Source: Hypanus sabinus (lineage: Eukaryota). From it: a stretch of 64,000 nucleotides of DNA. A model generated the notes under the pieces. It did no database searches and was not told the origin of the DNA. It saw only the letters and a list, made by a program, of their open reading frames with translations. How positions within the stretch are numbered: the first letter of the stretch is position 1; each line of letters starts with the position of its first letter. The DNA lies in contig NC_082712.1 in the NCBI RefSeq assembly GCF_030144855.1, forward strand, positions 90,210,001 to 90,274,000, in the 5' to 3' direction. Shown here one piece after another: positions 13,461 through 24,300 of the stretch. The translations under genes and the position numbers were made by a program.

Positions 13461-14176
13461 GATGCTGCCTGACTCACTGAGTTCCTCCAGTGCTTTATGT
13501 GCATTGCTCAAAACATCCATATCTGCAGTCTTTCTTGTGTCTATGAGATGCAGCCTGTCTTGCCTTATCAATAGATTCCTTATGGACAATACAAATCTTC
13601 ACAGACGCCCGTGTAAGTAGATCAGTCGATGCCCTTTCTTGATCGCCACATCAGCATAATATCATTGGCCATGAAGTTACAAGATGAGGAGAAACTTTTT
13701 CCCCAGAGAGTCATGTATCTGTGGAATTTCCTACCCAGGGAATCAGTAGAGGCTACCCCATTAAATATATTTAGGATGCAGTTAGATGGATCTTTGCCTA
13801 AATTAAGTTATGTCGAAGAGGAGGAGCCCATGACCAGATCAGACATGATCCTATGGAATAATAGAGCAGGCTCAACAGGCCAGGTGGCCAACTTGTGCTC
13901 CTATTTTTTTCTGCTCTTACAAAAATTGGTTGGACAGGTACACCAGCACTGGGGAGATGGCTACATGTTTGGGGAGTGGGGGGGGAGGGAATGGATAGCA
14001 GAGTGGGAGGGGTCAAAAGATTCCTGGTGTCTAATGGGGGGGGCACTGGGCTGCTCTCCAGGAGATAAAGCCATGCTTCTGCATCGTTTCTCTGCTAGTG
14101 GGTGGAGTGGAAATGGGAAGGGAACTCAGATCTTGAAGTGCCCGAATTTTCATCCAGTTTGTCTTCTCTCCAACAG

Positions 14177-14274
14177 AGAACTGGAGCGGCGCAGAATCAA
14201 CTCTGATTCACAATCACTCCATGTTAACCTTACTGCTGGTGGTTCTGTTCAGCTGTGTGATGACTCTGTGTTAA
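14177..14274 (+). CDS. Gene 1 terminal coding exon, putative GPI-anchor signal
   Basis: Acceptor ttgtcttctctccaacag|AG in phase 1 joins the V exon to give E-NWSGAESTLIHNHSMLTLLLVVLFSCVMTLC-TAA: small residues (SGA), a polar spacer, then a hydrophobic C-terminus with no cytoplasmic tail. The ORF track misses this frame. Confidence 0.8.
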
Positions 14275-14359
14275 AATGAAGATCTAGAGGAAGTCCGTGT
14301 AATTTTTCTCGAGCCTGTGAAGATGGAGTCTTGTACCTCATATTACTGATTACAGTGGA

Positions 14360-14380
14360 AATAAATCAACACAAAATAAA
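14360..14380 (+). terminator. Two AATAAA polyadenylation signals of gene 1
   Basis: AATAAA at 14360-14365 and 14375-14380, about 90-100 bp after the stop codon. Confidence 0.65.
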
Positions 14381-14395
14381 GTTGGTGAAACCAAG

Positions 14396-17180
14396 TGTAG
14401 CCCCCCCCCCCACCCTGGTAAGCCTCAGGCTCGCTCAGCTCACTTCCGTCTGGGGGGAGCAGTGATCAGTAGCTGCTGTTTGATTTTCTTCAGCCTCCTG
14501 CAATCGAGACATCAGCTTCTTCTCTGACTCCTCCAACTCTCGCCACAGTCTCAGCAGTTCTGACTCACGCTTCATGTTTATCTCCATCTGGAACACAGTT
14601 ACTCCACCAGCTTCTTGCACCCTGACCTGAAAAGCAGCCGTTAAAGATTGGTCAGCCTCCCGTTTAGTGTTCACTGAACTTATCTCCAGCTTTTTCTTCC
14701 TAATGACTTCTTCCAGGTCATCTTTCAGGTATCCCACTTCATTAATTGTTTGTCACCCGGGCTCCGGCACTCGCCTCGCATTATAGTTCCCCAAGGTGAA
14801 CGCAAACCGTAGACGATCGTCCACATACATCAAAACTCCAAACACCTCCACATCCCCCATGGTCTTCCACATGCCCTGCTGGAAGGTTGCAAGGACTCTG
14901 GATATGCCCTGTGGCATCTTTTTGGACCGGAAGAATCCTAGAGGACCTATAATGGCCGTCTTCTCCTTGTCGGCCTCACTCATCGGGATCTGGCAACATC
15001 CACTCCTCAGATCCAGCACCCTAAACCACTTTGCACCACTCAGACAGACCATCGCCTCTTCGGCCCTCAGGACAGTATTCTGGTCAATGACAGAGAGCCT
15101 GTTCAGAGTCCTATAATCCACACACACACTGCCTACATCTTCCATGGGGCCAGTTGCCACGACCTCTCTCTCACTGAGGTGTCTTCAGCAGTCAACTCCC
15201 CTCCCTCGTGGTATTTCAGAGCGTCCACTAAGAGGGACTCACCCTCAGGCACTCCCCCGAGGCTGTACCACCACCAGCTCTCGTTTAAATTTGGTACCGG
15301 CCCAATGCTGCTACACATGTCCTCACAAGCAGCTCGAAACACTGGGTGCACAGGCAATGCCTCCAAACAGCGCTCATCCGCCTCCTCCTGGCAGGCCCCC
15401 ATGTGCCTCCTTACCAGCGGGGTGTTGGTTCCCTCCAGAATCGAAACGCTGCCCATCTCGACAGTGTCCGGACACATCAGCATTAATGATTCACGAACCT
15501 CAGTCACCCCCAAATTGGCCTCCAAGAACTCCAGTTTCACTGACCAATAACCGTCATCTGGATAATCACCAGCACTGGTATCCTAAATCTCCAGTTGCCC
15601 TCAATGTTGACAGGGGTAAATGCTTCAAATACCGGTTGTAAAATGAACTGTACAGCAACTTGACCTGCGCCCCGGTGTCGAGGAGGGCTTTAGCGTAGCT
15701 ACCATCCATCCGTAACAACACCCGAGTGCATGGTCCCTCTAAGCCTTCAGGAAGAGGGTCTGTTCCTTTCAGGAGTTCCTTGGTACATTGCTGAGAACAT
15801 GCGACCCCAAGCCATTCCCCCACTAGGCCTCCTCTAAGTTTCCTGACACCGCTCAGATCAGCTGAACAACTGAGGGAGGGGCTGATCCCCCTGGCACCAC
15901 AAACAATTTATGCCCCCCCCCCCCAAGCCAAAGAAGATACCCTGAAAACTTTCCACCAATCTCCTGAAACAGATATGGTAAGTCCCCCAGCTGCGGCATT
16001 TTACTTCCAGTTGAACTAAACACATTTTCCCCCGCTTTCAGATAACTGGCTGTTGTCACTTTGAGGTAATTGGACCAGACAGATCTAACAACATCACCAG
16101 CCTGCCTACTCAAATTTCCAATCAATCCCTGTCGCTTTCCCTCAGCCAAGTACTGCCAAACACCTAACAACTGAGAGATCCGCTCTGCCCATGCCTACAC
16201 CCCTTTAGGGCTGGACATTATTCCAATAGCCGGTCTACCATAGCTGAAACATTCCGACCAGTATTTCCTCTCTATCCCAACAGTATGAACAGCCTATGGT
16301 CCCACCACCATTTCCTGCTGGTCTAAACTCGAACAACAACCCCCAGGGTACCAACCACCACCCCACCCAACATGCATGCAGTGATAACCAGCAATCGCAC
16401 ACCAGTTTTCCGTCCCCGCAGCATGCATAATTTAAAGAGGGCGATCACACAGCTTCCACAAAATCCAATCCCAGATGAGCCCCCACAATGTAGCCCCCTG
16501 GTAAGCCTCAGGCTCGCTCAGCATGCTGCCGTCTAGGGGGAGCAGCCTTTAGCCCCGCCAAACTGGGTAATCAGCTTGTGTAGATGCTGTGTGATGTCCT
16601 CACCACGCCAAATCACAGACAGTACACCGTATGCAATTAAATTATTACACTTTATAGATCGTACTGGAACAATGTAATTAATAGAGATACAAAAGTAAAG
16701 GAAAGTAAACGGAGCCAAACTTATCAAAGTCCAACCATTTCATGCATAACTGTTGGAGCTCAGTTAACGAAGTCTTCTTGCCACCATTCGATCCCCTCTG
16801 ACCTCGACCCGCCACCTCAGACCAACAACGGTTGTCGACCAGACACAATCCACATGAATCTGTCCTCATCTCCTCTCCTCGCCTAAACCCTGGGCTTCAG
16901 ACCCCCGCTCAGGATCCGTTCTGTCGCCCAGCTTACAGCATCACGTCTCCTCTCTCTATCCCCATTGTGCCTTCTCCCCAAAGCCCGCGAAACAATTGCT
17001 TACAGACCCACAAGAAAGAATAACATCTATCCCAATTGGTTAACAAATGGATACAATTCTCGTTATCAGTAATTATAACCCAAACAAGCTGTGAGAGAAA
17101 AGCACTTTCTCTGCAGTTACCATAACAAAGAAGCATTTTTATTAGCCTTAACAGTAACATAAAAGAAGAAATCCCTTTCA
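14396..17180 (-). mobile_element. Internally deleted Gypsy/Ty3 LTR retrotransposon (element B)
   Basis: Perfect 4-bp TSD CAAG (14392-14395, 17181-17184). 5' LTR 16489-17180; tRNA-Pro-like PBS at 16468-16485 (rc TGGGGGCTCATCTGGGAT); protease ALLDTGAQV (15566-15823); RT with [14 protein letters not shown] and YVDD (14753-15160); only about 67 bp of the 3' LTR remain (14396-14462). Confidence 0.9.
14463..14752 (-). pseudogene. Captured sarcomeric myosin heavy-chain rod fragments (MYH16-like) inside element B
   Basis: Open frame QTINEVGYLKDDLEEVIRKKKLEISSVNTKREADQSL..RVQEAGGVTVFQMEINMKRESELLRLWRELEESEKKLMSRLQEAEE. It matches three separate rod segments as recalled ([76 protein letters not shown]). 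Paralog identity needs BLAST. Confidence 0.75.
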
Positions 17181-17472
17181 CAAGATAATTGTTTGCCTTT
17201 ATAACACCATAAGACACAGGAGCAATATGAACCGCTTTGACTCATTGAGTCTCTTCCGCCATTCGATCATGGTTGATTTACTATCCCTCTCAACCCCATT
17301 CTCCTGCCTTCTCCCTGTAAACTTTGATGCCCTTGCTAATTAGGAACCTATTAAGCTCGACTTTAAATTTATCCAGTGACTTGACCTCCACTGCTGTCTG
17401 TGGCAATGAATTCCACAGATTCACCAAATCCTAGCTAAAGAAATTCCTCCTCATCTCTGTTCTAAAGGGACG

Positions 17473-19173
17473 TGCAACACTCGCTTCAGCTAGCGGCTTA
17501 ACCTTGGGGGTGATAACCACCTCACCATGCCTGACTAAACCTAATAAGTCTTGTTTGGGTGGATATTGCACGATGTGTCCCCTGTTTCAAATCAGTACCC
17601 AGAAATAACGAACAGTACATATTATGTGGTTAAACGATTAAGATGTCCCTCATGAGATTCATGCAGAAAGTCATGAGGCATGGGATAAGTGGAACCTTGG
17701 CTGTTTGGATAAAAAATTGGCTTAAAGGAAGAAAGCAGAGGGTATTTGTGGAAGGAAAGTATTCTGCCTGGAGGTCGGTGACTAGTGGAGTGCCGCAGAG
17801 ATCTGTCCTGGGACCCCTGCTATTTGTGATTTTTATAAATGACCTGGATGTAGAGGCAGAAGAATGGGTAAGTTTGCGGATGACACAAAGATTGGAGGAG
17901 TTGTGGTTGGAGCTGTAGGTGGTCGAAGGTTACAAGAGGATATAGACAGGCTGCAGAGTTGGGCAGAAAAATGGCAGATGGAGTTCAATCCGGACAAGTG
18001 TGAGGTGATGCATTTTGGAAGGACAAACCAGAAGACTGAGTACAGGATTAACGGTCAGTTACTTAAGAGTGTGGATGAACAAAGGGACCTTGGGGTTCAA
18101 ATCCATACATCCCTCAAGGTTGCTGCACAAGTTGATAGGGTAGTTAAGAAGGCCAAAGGGTTGCTAGGCTTCATTAACAGGGGGATTGAGTTCAAGAGTA
18201 GAGAGATCATGTTGCAACTCTACAAATCTGGTGAGATCACACTTAGACTATTGTGTTCAATTCTGGTCACCTCATTATAAGAAGGATGTGGAAGGAAGGG
18301 TGCAGAGGAGATTTATTAGGATGTTGCCTGGATTGGAGAACAAGTCATATGAATCAAGTTTAGCAGAGCTGGGACTTTTCTCTTTGGAGCGTAGAAGAAT
18401 AAGAGGGGACTTGATAGAGGTTTACAAGATTATGAGAGGCATAGATAGGGTGGATAGTCAGTACTTGTTTCCCAGGGCACCAAGAGCAAACACCGGAGGG
18501 CATAGGTACAAAATTAAGGGAGAGAAGTTTAGGGGAGACATCAGGGGTAAGTTTTTTACACAGAGGGTTGTGAGTGCCTGGAATGACTTGCCAGGGATGG
18601 TAGTGGAGGCTAAAACATTAGGAGTATTTAACAGCCTCTTGGACAGACACATGGATGAAAGAAAAATGGAAGCTTATGGGGTAGTGTGGGTTTAGTACTT
18701 TTTTTATTAAGGATTATATGGGTTGGCACAAGATGGAGGGCTGAAGGGCCTGTACTGTGCCGTAGTATTCTATGGCTCTATGTATAACTCTGACTGTGTG
18801 GTTAGTAGAGAACAAAATATGAAAGAAAAAGATGCCAATCTTATTAGAACAGTCTGCGCACAAATTGTTGGAGCTCACTCAGCAAGATCTTCTGTCCACC
18901 ATTCGATCTCCAATGGGTGTTGACGAACCCCGCGCTCCCGCCCGGAGTCCACCCGGTCGGGCAGCCCGCCGTCTCGCTCAAGTCGCGTCTCCTCACTTCA
19001 TTCCCCTCACACCTGCTGGCAAAAGCCCGCAAAGCCAACAGCTTTCTGACACACAAGGAAGAAAACCATTTCTCCCATTGGATAGCCAACCGTTATCTTT
19101 AGTTATAACCCAAACATTACCGCTACAGAGAAACCATTACCTCAGCAGTTAACATTACAGAGAAGCCCTTACA
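17473..19173 (-). mobile_element. Solo LTR related to the element B LTR, inserted in a minus-strand CR1 and itself interrupted by a CR1
   Basis: TG...CA termini (tgcaacac...cccttaca); 4-bp TSD GACG (17469-17472, 19174-19177); 18860-19173 resembles the other LTR copies. Confidence 0.75.
17645..18780 (+). mobile_element. CR1 LINE, 5'-truncated
   Basis: [41 protein letters not shown] and FFTQRVVSAWN motifs. Confidence 0.92.
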
Positions 19174-19489
19174 GACGCCTTTCCCCTCTGGCCCTAGACT
19201 CCCCCACAATACGTCCTCTTCGCATCCACTCTATCTAGGCCTTTCTGTATTCAATAAGTTTCTAAGAGATCCTTTTCATTCTTTTAAACTCCAGTGTGTA
19301 TATGCTGAGAGCCATCAAACCCTCCTCATATCTTAACCCTGAAATTCCCTGAAATCTTCTCATGAGCCTCCTCTGGGCCCTCTCCAAAGTCAACACATCC
19401 TTTCTTTTCCTTGCTCATGAGTCAGAGCTACTGAGGCGGAAGTTCTAGAAGTACCAAGTGGATGAACTGTCAAAAGTTTCCGCTTGTAG

Positions 19490-19760
19490 CATAGCAATTA
19501 ACATAATGCTTCTACAGTGCCAGCTGTAAAATCAGAGTTCAGTTCCTGCCACCATCTGTGAGGCGTTTGTCCGTTCTCCCTGTGACCCTATGTGTTTCCT
19601 CCGGGTGCCCTAGTTTCCTCCCACATTCCAAAGACGTATGGTTAGGGTTAATAGTTGTGAGCATGCTACATTGGTGCCAGAAGCATGATGACATTTGCAG
19701 GTTGCCCCAGCACTATCTTTGCTAATTTGATTTGATGCAAACAATGCATTTCATTATATG
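19490..19760 (+). mobile_element. HE1-like elasmobranch SINE
   Basis: Core ttctccctgtgacc..gtttcctccgggtgc..gtttcctcccacattccaaagacgt; further copies near 35670, 57010, and on the minus strand near 1090, 37460 and 58860. Confidence 0.7.
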
Positions 19761-19924
19761 TAAAGCTAGTTTTAATGTTGAGATTCTGGTCCTCACTAGC
19801 TATTATCTGCCTGAGACCACTGTCTACAGCAAAGGCTATGGAACCAGCACAATGCTGCATGAAGTTTTGTCAGAGCTGTACTTCGGAGCTTGCTGTTTCC
19901 TCAGTTAGATTCTCCAGTACAATC

Positions 19925-21380
19925 AAAACACCGTCAACATGGAAATTTTGTGTTGTTCACACAGAAAAGCAGAACAAATCAATTCCATGTGAGCAGTTCT
20001 TACTGCGCGACACAGAGCTTACGTTGCCAGTGACCAACAGAAGCTCAAGAAATGCAGCTATGATCTGCACAAAGTCATCAAGGCAGCAAAACGACAATAC
20101 AGGGACAATATCCACACTCAACTCTCCACCAGCAACACACGCATCTTATGGCAAGGTCTCCACACCATCGCAGACTTCAAAGCTAAACGCAGTGGAATTC
20201 CCAACATTGCTGCCCGTCTCCCAGATGAGCTAAATCTTTCTATGCGTGATTCAATGTTGCCAATACTGAGCCCTGAGGAGACATGCAGCTTGGTCCTCTG
20301 TGGGGCCGAAGTACGCAGGTTTCTCCAATGGGTGGACAGTTGTAAGGCTGCGGGACCAGACGACATCTCATGGTGAGTGCTCAGGATGTACACGGCACAA
20401 CTGGCAGGTGTGTTTACAGACATTTTTAATCTCTCCCTCTTCCAGTGTAGAGTGCCCTCCTGCTTCAAATCATCTACCACTGTCCCTGTAATGAAAAGTC
20501 CAAGGTAACATGTCTGAACAACTGCCGTCCTGTGGCACTCACCTCAATAATAAGCAAATGCTTTGAGAGGCTGGTCTGGGACTACATCTACAGCACACTA
20601 CCACCCATACGGGACTCCCTACTATTCACCCACTGACACAATTGATCGACAGATGATGTAATAGCCACAGCTCTTCACACCATCCTTATGCACCTGGATA
20701 AGAAGAATGCTTATGTGAGAATGCTGTTCTTGGACTACAGTTCAGCATTCAACACCATAATTCCATCATGGCTTGACAAGAAGCTCAGAAACCTCAGCCT
20801 TCACCCTGCCTTGTGCAGCTGGATCCTGGACTTCCTGTCAGATTGCCAGCAGTTGGTAAGAGTGGGCTCCCTCACCTCCACCCCTCTGACCCTCAACACA
20901 GGTGCCCCTCAGGGCTGTGTCCTAAGCCCCCTCCTTTACTCTCTGTATACTCATGACTGTGTCACACCCATAGCTCCAATCTGCTAATTAACATAGCTGA
21001 CGACATTACACTTTCCTAATCTCAAACAATAACGAGGCAGCCTACAGAGAAACCATCACCCTGACAGAGTGGTGTCAAGAAAACAACCTCTCCCTCAACA
21101 TCGCAAAACAAATGAGCTGGTTGTGGACTACAGGAGGAATGGAGACGGTCTAACCCCTATTGGCATCAATGGATCTGGGGCTGAGAGGGTGAACAGCTTT
21201 AAGTTCCCGGCATACACATCACCGAGGACCTCACGTTGTCTGTACTCACCAGCTGTGTGGTGAAAAAGGCACAATAGCACCTCTGTCACCTCAGACGGTT
21301 GAAGTTTGGAATGGGTTCCTAAATCCTAAGAACTTCCTACAGGGGCACAAATGAGAGCATCCTGACTGGCTGCATCATGG
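19925..21380 (+). mobile_element. Rex1/Babar-like LINE (5' part; continues at 27564-27985 after the Gypsy insertion)
   Basis: NAYVRMLFLDYSSAFNTIIP, TGAPQGCVLSPLLYSLYT; the sequence rejoins across the Gypsy element (ctggctgcatc-acgg-cctggtatggg). Confidence 0.85.
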
Positions 21381-24300
21381 TGTTATGAGTGATGAACAGA
21401 CCTGATGGACAATGGGGTAAAGAGTTAACCATCCCCCCCCCCCCAAGAACCATGAACTATTACTGTTGCTATGCTGACCATGAGAAAGAGAGACGAAAAA
21501 CAGGCAAGAACATCTGTGACAGATAAGAGAGAGGGGGAAATTGCTGAGTAACTGTATTGTGACTCCTTTTTGAATTATTTACTGTTTCGCTGCAAGGACA
21601 ATAGTTTGCTCAATAACATTCCTCAGTGGACTGCAGGAGTGGTCTAATTTGATGAACACAGTCATTCAGAATTGATGGATAGCTGAGACCCCGTGAGTAG
21701 GGATAAAAAGACAGGTCTGGAGAGACACCCTCCAGACACGCCAGTGGACACTGATTGAGTGTTGAAACCCACAAGAAAGGTGGGGGCTTCGGAGACCGAA
21801 TCAGGAGATCGGTCAGTAAATCTCACAGTGTAACAGCAGGGCCGGTGGGGACTTGTGTGTGTGTCCACTCATGCCAGAGTGACGAGTCCACCACAGAAGA
21901 ACGGTCTGGCTGAAGACCAGAGGGGTCATAACTGAATGAGCACAACAATACGACGGATTAAGAAAGCAAAGGAAAGTTTGGCTGCTGTAGCTGTTACATC
22001 TCGCTCTCTCTCTCTCTCCCGCTCCAACGATTACAGCTCAACAAGCATAACTACCTCAGCACGCATGAACTGAACTGAACTTTATATTCTATGACAATTC
22101 ATTTACCCCTAGACATTGATAGAGCTTGTTTATTAATGATTATTACTATTCCTACACTTTTAGGTTTATTACTGCTACCTTGTGTTATATGTATATTTGC
22201 ATTATTGATATGGTTTGGCTTATTTTTATTAATAAACACCTTTAAATATAGTACCACCAGACTCCAATGGATTCTTCTTTCTCTGCTGGTCAGACACCCA
22301 GTTACGGGGTACGTAACAAATTGGGGCCTCGTCTCGAGATTTGATTACCAAATTAACGGGCCAGTGAATCGGGATAAAAGTCCCTTATCTGATCTGGTTG
22401 TGAGATTAACCAGACGGGAAACCAGCAGAGATGGACATGGTCAAATTTTTAAAAGACCCGACTGCAGGGGCATTGGAGGTTGCCAGGAAGGCTGAATTGG
22501 TGAATGATGCAAAATGATTAGATCTCCCAGAGGTGAAATCGTCGGTGAGAAAGGTGGATATACAGAGAGAAATAGCTATGCATTATGTATCCAAGGGTGT
22601 GTTCACACCAGATGTATTGGACCTGTTCCCTGAGAGGAAATCAGCCAAGGGGGAGGTTCAGTTAGAGATAGTAAAATTAAGGTTGGCTGAGGAAGAGGCA
22701 GCATGAACTTTGGATAAGGCAGCTGGAAGCAGAGAGAGAAGCTGCAGGGTGAAGACAGGATGCTGAGAAGTGAAGGGAGGAAGCTGAGAGGGAGGTTGAA
22801 AGGAGGAGAGAGGAGGCTGAGAGGAAGAAGGAAGAAGCTGAAAGGCAGATGGAGGAAAGGGAGAAAGAGAGCCAGCATGCGCTGGAAATAGAGAGATTAA
22901 AGGTACAGCAGGGAAGAGACCGGGCGGCAGACCCAAATGAGGGGTTCAAGATTGGTCAGGAGATCCAGTTGGTACCTCCATTCGAGGAGATGGATGTTGA
23001 TAAGTTCTTCCTCCATTTTGAGAGAGTGGCTGTGAATCAGAACTGCCCAGAGGGGAAATGGGCTGTTCTGTTACAGAGCGTACTTCGGGGGAAGGCTCAG
23101 CAAGCGTATTCGGCATTGTCCATGGATGAGTCTAGGGACTATGAGGAAGTAAAAAGGGCTGCACTGAGGAGTTACGAGTTGGTGCCAGAGGCATACCGGC
23201 AGAAGTTCCGGATCTTGAGAAAGCCGTAGGACCACACGTATTTAGAGTTTGCCCGTGAGATGCAAATATATTGTGAGCGTTGGTGCACCTCAAAAGGGGT
23301 TGATGAAGATTATGATAAACTGTTACAGTTAAGACTGATGGAGCAATTTAAAAGTTGTATCCCTGAGAGTATGAAGACGTAATTGGACGAGAAGGATTCA
23401 GAGACTGTCTGCGACTGCCAAGTTAGCAGACAAGTATGCTTTAACCCACAAGTCAAAGTTTTCCTCAAATAACTACCAGAGAGGCAGTAGGGACAGAAAG
23501 CCTACCGACTAAGGCAGAGAATAAGCTGGGAGCTAGTGGAAAAGGGAAGGAGGAGGAAAAGCAGGCTGGCAGGAAGGTTCCTAGCTTTACCTGTTATAAT
23601 TGTGGGAAAGCTGGTCATATAGCCTCTAAATGCTTTGCTCCGAAAAATGAGACGGGAAAAGGGAAAACAGCAATCCCTACTGGTTGCATTGAGTCCGTCA
23701 ACAGATCGATGAGGAAGGCAAAGGTAGGTAGAGCACAAGAGGGCGTGAGGTTTATCTCGAAAGGGACGGTGTCTGTGAAGGAAGGAGAAACACCAGTTCC
23801 AGTGCGGAACTGGACAGATACTGGGGCTGGTCAGTCATTGATTTCAAAGAAGGTATTAGATTTTGGTTCTGAGATCCAGACTGGGGAGGCTGTGTGAAGA
23901 GGTATCGGAAAAGGGACCAAGGTCGTACCTTTGCACAGGATATTTTTGAAATGTGACCTGGTATCTGGACCAGTCGAAATAGGGGTGAGATCAAAACTAC
24001 CGATGGACAGCATGGACGTCCTACTTGGTAACGATCTGGCCGGTGGTGACGTGTATTCAGCAGTGAAACTGACAAGCCAGCCTGTAAATGCTGAGGACCC
24101 ACCCATAGATTCTAAGATTTATCCTGCATTCGCAATCACTCGCAGCATGTCTAGAAAGGCGGCTGAGAAAAGAGCCAGTTTAAATGAATCCAGTGTTGAT
24201 TTAGCGGAGACATTTTTGCTGACCTTGTATGAAAAGGGGTACCGGATGAGAAGGAAAAGGATAGTGGGGTGAAAGAGAGTAAAGGAGAGGAGGTAGATCC

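Noticed and set aside
11570-14274. Naming gene 1 THY1 or CD160, or gene 2 TMIGD2 or NCR3
   Set aside because: Resemblance rests on recalled motifs only; orthology needs phylogeny and synteny, so no symbols were assigned.
13629-14279. 216-aa ORF as a host gene
   Set aside because: It is a chance fusion of CR1 remnants and unique DNA; the meaningful frame here is the shifted exon 14177-14274.
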